Assembly (NCBI GenBank): GCA_963755715.1
Contig: CAVWLW010000073.1
Coordinates: 29,720-61,719 of the forward strand
Direction of reading: 5' to 3'
Length of the DNA: 32,000 nucleotides
Origin: an uncultured delta proteobacterium
Lineage (GTDB): Bacteria > Desulfobacterota > Binatia > UBA9968
The position numbers and the translations under genes are program-made. The notes under the pieces were generated by a model. It saw only the letters and a program-made list of their open reading frames with translations. It was not told the DNA's origin and searched no databases. Numbering within the stretch: the first letter of the stretch is position 1; each line of letters opens with the position of its first letter. Below are positions 26,555 through 32,000 of this stretch, piece after piece.

Positions 26555-27934
26555 TTACTGCAACGGCCGTAGCCCTTGCAGCAACGTCGGCAGCAATTCA
26601 GACACGGTCGGGTGGATGTGCATCGCCCGGCTCACGGTCGTATAAGGTGCTTTGGCGTACATGACATCGAGCAGGACGTGAACCACTTCATCGCCGGTGA
26701 CGCCCAGGATCGCCGCGCCGAGGATCGCCTTCGTTTGTGCATCGACGATGACCTTCATGAAGCCCTGAGTCTCACCCTTCTCGACCGCTCGGCTGACGTT
26801 GGCCATGGCACGAGTGGCGACCAGCGCCTGGCGCCCCGAAGCTCGGACTTCCGCTTCGGTCATGCCGGCGCGGCCGAGCGGCGGATCGATGAAAAGCGCG
26901 TAGGTCATGATCCGGTCGGTGACTTTGCGTGGATCGTTGTCGAGAAGATTCGCCGCGACGATCTCATAATCGTTGTACGCCGTGTGCGTGAACGCGCCTT
27001 TGCGGTTGCAGTCGCCGAGCGCCCAGATGCCGGAAACATTCGTGCGCAGTTGATCGTCGACCTTGATATAGCCGGCGCTGTCGGTTTCCACACCGGCTTT
27101 GTCCAAGCCCAAATCCACGGTATTCGGCACTCGCCCGACAGCGAGCAACAAGTGCGAACCTATCACTTGCCGGCTCTCCTCGGCGCAATCGAGACCGACA
27201 ACAATCCGCTCGTTTTGCCGGCCCGTGGTGATGCATTCGGCGTTCAAGCGAATCGTGATGCCTTCTGCTTCCAGGATTTTTTGCACCGCCGCGGAAACAT
27301 CTTCGTCTTCGCGCGAAATCAGGCGCGACGCTTTTTCGACGATCGTGACCTGAGCGCCGAAACGCCGGTACATCTGCGCGAATTCCAGGCCGATATAGCT
27401 GCCGCCGACGATGATCAAATGCTCCGGCAAAAAATCCACGTCCATCATGCTCGAATTCGTGAGGTAACGCACCTCATTTAAGCCGGGCAACGGTGGGATA
27501 AACGCGCGACCGCCGACGTTGATGAAAATTTTTTCCGCTTCCAGGACCTCGTCGTTTACGCGCACGATGCGCGGGCCTTCGAAACGCGCATGGCCGAGAT
27601 ATACGGTGCCGTTTTTAAGACCGCGCATCCAACCCTCCACCCCCTTGTTCGAACGGCCGGAGATTTCATCCTTGCGCGCTTTGACTCTTTTCATGTCGAC
27701 GCCGATATTTCCGTCGATCGCCACGCCATACTCGGCGGCGCGCCGCGCCAGATACGCGGCATAGGCGCTCGCCACCAAGGTCTTGGTCGGGATGCATCCG
27801 GTGTTGACGCACGTGCCGCCGAAATGTTTGCGCTCGACGACCGCCACTCTCATGCCCGCCGTCGACAAACGCGCGGCCAGCGCCGGCCCGGCTTGGCCGG
27901 TGCCGATCACAATCGCATCGAACCGTACGGTCAT
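26555..27934 (-). CDS. Class I pyridine nucleotide-disulfide oxidoreductase (mercuric reductase core / RclA-like / dihydrolipoamide dehydrogenase family)
   Basis: IVIGTGQAGPALAARL FAD motif. Redox-active GGTCVNTGCIPTK. Second Rossmann motif IVGGSYIGLEFA. C-terminal dimerisation domain with HIHPTVSE. Confidence 0.85.
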   Translation of the reverse strand: MTVRFDAIVIGTGQAGPALAARLSTAGMRVAVVERKHFGGTCVNTGCIPTKTLVASAYAAYLARRAAEYGVAIDGNIGVDMKRVKARKDEISGRSNKGVEGWMRGLKNGTVYLGHARFEGPRIVRVNDEVLEAEKIFINVGGRAFIPPLPGLNEVRYLTNSSMMDVDFLPEHLIIVGGSYIGLEFAQMYRRFGAQVTIVEKASRLISREDEDVSAAVQKILEAEGITIRLNAECITTGRQNERIVVGLDCAEESRQVIGSHLLLAVGRVPNTVDLGLDKAGVETDSAGYIKVDDQLRTNVSGIWALGDCNRKGAFTHTAYNDYEIVAANLLDNDPRKVTDRIMTYALFIDPPLGRAGMTEAEVRASGRQALVATRAMANVSRAVEKGETQGFMKVIVDAQTKAILGAAILGVTGDEVVHVLLDVMYAKAPYTTVSRAMHIHPTVSELLPTLLQGLRPLQ

Positions 27935-28128
27935 AGTTTCCCCCCATGCGCCCTCGGCCTAGTCTAATACGACCGTTTAGTCGAAAGTTCGACGCTTTAG
28001 ACGACCTTTCTCTTTCGTGTGAGATTCCCGATCGTCGTGCGCCAGTTAGTTTTGATTCTAGCTTATCTCGGCGCAAGTTGAAGAGCCGGGCGCAAAGAAG
28101 GCTAAAAGAGATGAAATCTTCCATTCCA

Positions 28129-28146
28129 TGCAGGGTAATCCCTGCA
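28129..28146. promoter_or_regulatory. Perfect 18-bp palindrome, candidate enhancer (UAS) for a sigma-54 activator
   Basis: TGCAGGG-TAAT-CCCTGCA is centred about 83 bp upstream of the GG of the candidate -24 element. AT-rich DNA lies in between. Confidence 0.4.
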
Positions 28147-28218
28147 CTGAGCAAACTTTCTTCCGTGTCATTGTGAAACAAATTGTGGAAAATCAATCAA
28201 ATAATCTTTTGCCTTGCG

Positions 28219-28234
28219 TGGCATCAATGTTGCG
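28219..28234 (+). promoter_or_regulatory. Candidate sigma-54 (-24/-12) promoter
   Basis: TGGCATcaatgTTGCg. The GG (28220-21) and GC (28232-33) have the canonical 10-nt spacing and match TGGCAC-N5-TTGC at 9 of 10 positions. It lies about 65-85 nt upstream of the GTG candidates for the next gene. Confidence 0.5.
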
Positions 28235-28296
28235 CTCTCCCTTGGCATTTCGGCCATAAACATCGATTTCTCGATTACCTGTCCTAAATCTGCAGA

Positions 28297-30987
28297 GTGG
28301 AAGGGAGCCTATTCATTGTGAATTTGCCTACGCCGTCATACATCGAGCTATATCGTGCGCGGTTTGGTGAGTTGGATCTGGATGAGTCGGATAAGGTTCC
28401 TAAACAGAAGCGCGTTATAAACGACGGCGAAATATTTTTAAGAAGCAATGGAACTTCACCTTTAGCTAAGAAAATTCCGACGCATCTCAACTCATCCCCC
28501 GGTAAAATTCAACGGCCGCATGTCGGCGGTAAATTCTTATTCGTCGGCAACGAAAAATTTTGGGTGCGAGGAGTCACCTACGGAGCATTCAGACCGGGTC
28601 CAAACGGTCAGGAGTATCATGACCCAACGGTTCTGGAGAGAGACTTTTCTCTGATGGCCGCGAACGGACTCAATGCAGTCCGTATTCCACATACGATGCC
28701 GCCGCGGGAGCTTCTCGACATCGCTCAAAAACATGGCCTTCGTGTCATGGTCGGGTTATCTGCAGAACAGTATGCGGGCTTTTTGATTGACCGAAAAGGT
28801 GCTCCTGACGTTGAAGAATTGGTGCGCGCAAAAGTGCGTTCCTGTGCAGGACATCCTGCGCTTCTTTGTTATGCGCTTGGGAATGAGATCGCCGCACCTG
28901 TCGTTCGGTGGCTGGGCCGCGGACGAGTAGAGAGTTATCTCGAGAGCCTGTACTGGGCGGTGAAAGCAGAAGACCCGAACGCCCTCGTCACTTACGTAAA
29001 TTATCCTACAACCGAATACCTTCATCTTCCTTTCTTAGATCTCGTGACTTTCAACGTTTACCTTGAATCGGAGAACCAGCTTGACGGCTACTTGGCCCGA
29101 CTCCATAATATTGCCGGAGATCGACCCCTGCTGATGAGCGAGATCGGTCTCGACAGTCTTAGAAATGGCGAGACAACGCAGGCGCAGGCACTCGAGTGGC
29201 AACTCCGCAGTACCTTCGCGCCGGGCTGTGCAGGGGCCTTCATATTTTCGTGGACTGATGAGTGGCACAGGGCGGGTGCCGAAGTCGAAGACTGGGCATT
29301 TGGCATCACCGCTCGTGATCGTCGTCCCAAACCCGCTCTCAAAGCGGTCCGGGAGGCATTCACCAAGGTCCCCTTCGCAAAGGAACTCCACTGGCCGAAG
29401 GTTTCTGTCATCGTATGTACCTTTAACGGCAGCCGCACTCTCTCTGAATGTTTGGAAAGTTTGCTAAGGCTTGAGTATCCTAACTACGAAGTAATCGTGG
29501 TGAACGATGGTTCGACGGATGCTACTGCAAAGATTGCCCATAGCTATGGCTTTCGAGTGATAACAACCGAAAATCGCGGACTCTCTTCCGCGCGCAATAC
29601 GGGACTCAATGCAGCTACGGGAGAAATCGTCGCGTATATTGACGATGATGCCTACCCCGACCCGCACTGGTTAAAATATATTGCCAGTGCGTTCATGAAT
29701 TCGAAACATGTTGGAGTCGGCGGTCCGAACATCGCACCGCCCAATGATGGACCTATTGCCGAGTGCGTCGCCCATTCCCCGGGAAACCCGGTGCACATTC
29801 TGCTGTCCGACACTGAGGCCGAACATATTCCCGGATGCAATATGGCCTTTCGCAAAACCGCTCTGGAAGCCATTGGCGGATTCGATCCGCAATTTCGCAT
29901 TGCCGGAGACGATGTGGACGTTTGCTGGCGCCTGCAGCAAAAAGGGTGGACTCTAGGATACAGCCCAGGAGCAATGGTTTGGCACCACCGGCGTAATTCG
30001 ATTCGAGCCTATTGGAAGCAGCAGCGCAATTACGGCAAAGCGGAATCGTTTTTGGAGAAAAAATGGCCGGAGAAGTACAATCTCGCGGGCCATGTCACGT
30101 GGGCGGGCCGAGTCTACGGGAATGGCCACCAATATAAGGCATGGAGCCAAGGACGGATTTATCATGGCGTGTGGGGCAGCGCGCCCTTCCAGTCTATTTA
30201 CCAATCACCGGCCGGGGCCTTAGAATCTTGGTTGTCCATGCCCGAATGGTACTTGGCCGTCGCCGCGCTTCTTCCGATTGTTGCGCTCGGCTTCCTCTGG
30301 TTTCCCTTATTCTATGCTCTGCCGTTCCTGGCGTTAGTGCTTTACGCACCGATTTTCCAAGCCGTGATTAGTTCGTCACGAGTCGGCTTTTCAGCCGCGC
30401 GAAGATCTCCCTTTGACTGGGTTAAACTGCGCAGCGTCACGGCACTGCTGCATTTACTCCAACCTCTGGCGCGCCTAAGCGGACGCCTGCGTTCCGGACT
30501 CACTTTCTGGAGATACAAGGCATCCGGCTTTGTGATGCCCTGGCCGCGGAAATTTGCCGTTTGGACCGAGCATTGGCGCGATCCCAATGAAAGATTGAAA
30601 TCTTTCGAAGCGGATTTGCGCAAGGCGGGGGTTTACGTTCGGCGAGGCGGAGATTACGATCGATGGGACTTGGAAGTGCGTGCCGGGTTGCTTGGCTTTG
30701 CGCGCTTGCTCATGGCGGTGGAGGATCACGGTGCCGGTAACCAATTTGTCCGAGTTCGGCTCTGGCCTAAGTGTTCACTGCTGGAGCTTCTTCTTCCCTT
30801 TTTATCCATTTCCCTTTCCGCTGCGGCAGCGCTTGATAACGCATGGGTGGCTTCCGCTATCCTAGGTCTGTTGAGCGTTTTTCTAACGATATACAGTCTG
30901 CGTGGTTGCGGGAGCGCCATTGCCGCAATCCTTCGCACCTTCCAGCATTCGGATGCCATTCATGACAGACAAAAAGAAATACAATAG
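28297..30987 (+). CDS. Tri-domain polysaccharide synthase-like protein: clan GH-A TIM-barrel glycoside hydrolase + GT2 glycosyltransferase + C-terminal polytopic membrane domain
   Basis: GH part: WVRGVTYG, ALGNEI (acid/base NE) and LLMSEIGLDS (nucleophile E). GT2 part: VSVIVCTFNG, VVNDGSTD, AYIDDDAYPD (DxD), GCNMAFRK, WKQQRNYGKAE (QxxRW-like). Four or more TM helices follow. The start is uncertain (GTG 28297 or 28318). Confidence 0.75.
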   Translation: MEGSLFIVNLPTPSYIELYRARFGELDLDESDKVPKQKRVINDGEIFLRSNGTSPLAKKIPTHLNSSPGKIQRPHVGGKFLFVGNEKFWVRGVTYGAFRPGPNGQEYHDPTVLERDFSLMAANGLNAVRIPHTMPPRELLDIAQKHGLRVMVGLSAEQYAGFLIDRKGAPDVEELVRAKVRSCAGHPALLCYALGNEIAAPVVRWLGRGRVESYLESLYWAVKAEDPNALVTYVNYPTTEYLHLPFLDLVTFNVYLESENQLDGYLARLHNIAGDRPLLMSEIGLDSLRNGETTQAQALEWQLRSTFAPGCAGAFIFSWTDEWHRAGAEVEDWAFGITARDRRPKPALKAVREAFTKVPFAKELHWPKVSVIVCTFNGSRTLSECLESLLRLEYPNYEVIVVNDGSTDATAKIAHSYGFRVITTENRGLSSARNTGLNAATGEIVAYIDDDAYPDPHWLKYIASAFMNSKHVGVGGPNIAPPNDGPIAECVAHSPGNPVHILLSDTEAEHIPGCNMAFRKTALEAIGGFDPQFRIAGDDVDVCWRLQQKGWTLGYSPGAMVWHHRRNSIRAYWKQQRNYGKAESFLEKKWPEKYNLAGHVTWAGRVYGNGHQYKAWSQGRIYHGVWGSAPFQSIYQSPAGALESWLSMPEWYLAVAALLPIVALGFLWFPLFYALPFLALVLYAPIFQAVISSSRVGFSAARRSPFDWVKLRSVTALLHLLQPLARLSGRLRSGLTFWRYKASGFVMPWPRKFAVWTEHWRDPNERLKSFEADLRKAGVYVRRGGDYDRWDLEVRAGLLGFARLLMAVEDHGAGNQFVRVRLWPKCSLLELLLPFLSISLSAAAALDNAWVASAILGLLSVFLTIYSLRGCGSAIAAILRTFQHSDAIHDRQKEIQ

Positions 30988-31918
30988 TTTTGAGCTTTAC
31001 CGGCGGCTATTACTTGAAGTAAGGCCTTATTACACGCACATAGGGGCGATTCTATTGATCACCTTGTTATCGCCCCCCCTCGCTCTGCTGATCCCATTGC
31101 CTTTGAAAATTGCGGTCGATAGCGTCATTGGCTCCCGTCCAATACCAGCGTTTCTACAGCAAGTAATACCTGAGGCTGTCACCGGGTCTCCTAATGGCAT
31201 GGTGACGTTCGTCGTGGCTCTAATGATGCTCGTTGCCCTTCTCGGCGGACTCCAACGGGTCGCTAGTACGTTGTTGCGCACCTATACTGGCGAAAAGTTA
31301 ACATTAGCATTCCGAAACAAACTGTTTCGCCACGTCCAGCGGCTTTCGGTCTCATATCACGATACGAGAGGAACAACTGATTCCACCTATCGCATCCAGT
31401 ATGATGCTCCTGCGATTCAATGGATAGCCGTCGATGGTTTGATACCTTTTGTCGCTTCAGCATTGACTGTCGCCGGGATGATTTACATTATCGCCCTGCT
31501 CGACTCGCAGTTAGCGCTGGTTGCGATCGCAGTTACACCAGTTTTATACCTTGGCGCGCGAACGTTTAATTCGCGGCTTCGCAACCAGTGGGGCGATATT
31601 ATGCACTTGGAAAGTTCCGCTTTTTCCGTAGTGCAAGAAGCCCTAAGTGCCTTGCGCGTGGTTAAAGCCTTCGGTCAAGAAGAGCGAGAACAAGAGCGTT
31701 TTGTTCGTCACTCTAGCGAGAGCTTTTCTAGCACGAGTTCGGGCTGCATGGTCAGAAGGGGCTTTCGATCTTCTGATTGGAACTACTACGGCAGCCGGAA
31801 CAGCTGCAGTCTTATTTTTGGGTCTGCGACATGTCCAGTCAGGGAGCTTAACACTCGGCGAGTTGATGATGGTCATGTCCTACCTGGCACAGCTATTCGG
31901 ACCCTTGGCGTCACTTAG
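30953..31918 (+). CDS. ABC exporter, fused permease/ATPase (MsbA-like), N-terminal TMD fragment
   Basis: The ATG (30953 or 30962) overlaps the end of the upstream gene by 26-35 nt. Typical ABC_membrane features: YRRLLLEVRPYY, LSVSYHDTRGTTDSTYRIQYDAPAIQ, SALRVVKAFGQEEREQERF. The frame breaks at the T4 run 31724-31727, and the listed tail is junk. Confidence 0.8.
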   Translation: MPFMTDKKKYNSFELYRRLLLEVRPYYTHIGAILLITLLSPPLALLIPLPLKIAVDSVIGSRPIPAFLQQVIPEAVTGSPNGMVTFVVALMMLVALLGGLQRVASTLLRTYTGEKLTLAFRNKLFRHVQRLSVSYHDTRGTTDSTYRIQYDAPAIQWIAVDGLIPFVASALTVAGMIYIIALLDSQLALVAIAVTPVLYLGARTFNSRLRNQWGDIMHLESSAFSVVQEALSALRVVKAFGQEEREQERFVRHSSESFSSTSSGCMVRRGFRSSDWNYYGSRNSCSLIFGSATCPVRELNTRRVDDGHVLPGTAIRTLGVT

Positions 31919-32000
31919 CGAGATGACGGCACGTGCGCAACGCTCACTTGCCAGTGCGGAGCGCGCATTCGCGCTTTTGGATGAAGCCCCTGACGTCGTT
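31725..32000 (+). CDS. Continuation of the ABC exporter TMD in the +1 frame; runs off the window
   Basis: It reads FLARVRAAWSEGAFDLLIGTTTAAGTAAVLFLGLRHVQSGSLTLGELMMVMSYLAQLFGPLASLSEMTARAQRSLASAERAFALLDEAPDVV, the canonical TM5-TM6 and linker region that precedes the NBD. Confidence 0.8.

Noticed and set aside
26576-27481. 301-aa ORF on the plus strand
   Set aside because: It is antisense to the disulfide oxidoreductase, whose FAD/NAD and CxxxxC motifs are unambiguous. It is a shadow ORF.
1-32000. Programmed ribosomal frameshifting as an explanation for the split genes
   Set aside because: There are no slippery heptamers or shared context at the junctions. The affected genes are unrelated families that are not known to use recoding. 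Both insertions and a deletion occur. Sequence error or decay is more parsimonious.
1-32000. CRISPR arrays, tRNA/rRNA genes, IS elements, integrases, and toxin-antitoxin or defence-system genes
   Set aside because: I looked in all intergenic regions and among the small ORFs. I found no regularly spaced repeats, no cloverleaf-like or rRNA-like sequence, and no transposase, integrase, nuclease or NTPase signatures.

Overview
This is a GC-rich bacterial chromosomal segment with no rRNA, tRNA, CRISPR array, transposase or integrase that I can recognise. Nt 1-9609 is one minus-strand block. It holds a GH13 alpha-glucosidase-like gene, a secreted beta-sandwich-repeat protein with a lipoprotein partner, phosphoglucomutase, a luciferase-like oxidoreductase, two TctC/Bug-like solute-binding proteins and an SDR epimerase. 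A plus-strand block follows. It holds two phosphate-scavenging-type enzymes (a phytase-like esterase and GlpQ), a strong terminator, and then a tight three-gene operon. That operon encodes a GT4 glycosyltransferase, a TM/HemL-like aminotransferase/Mpo1(DUF962)-like fusion protein and an Opi3/PEMT-type methyltransferase. A small HTH-like protein, a USP and a PAP2 phosphatase converge on this operon. I consider the operon the best candidate for an undescribed system, possibly one that builds an amino- or N-methylated (glyco)lipid head group. The rest of the window holds an isochorismatase-family gene, an ABC solute-binding protein, a cupin, a large AsmA-family protein, a coiled-coil LAS-like peptidase and a decayed GGDEF relic in an AT-richer patch. 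It also holds a VOC protein and a disulfide oxidoreductase. The window ends with a more AT-rich module: a GH/GT2/membrane fusion synthase overlapping an MsbA-like ABC exporter, preceded by a sigma-54-type promoter and an upstream palindrome. About ten genes carry single-base frame disruptions. This suggests indel-type sequence error or pseudogenisation, so ORF boundaries should be treated with caution. All functional calls rest on motifs read by eye; no database searches were run.
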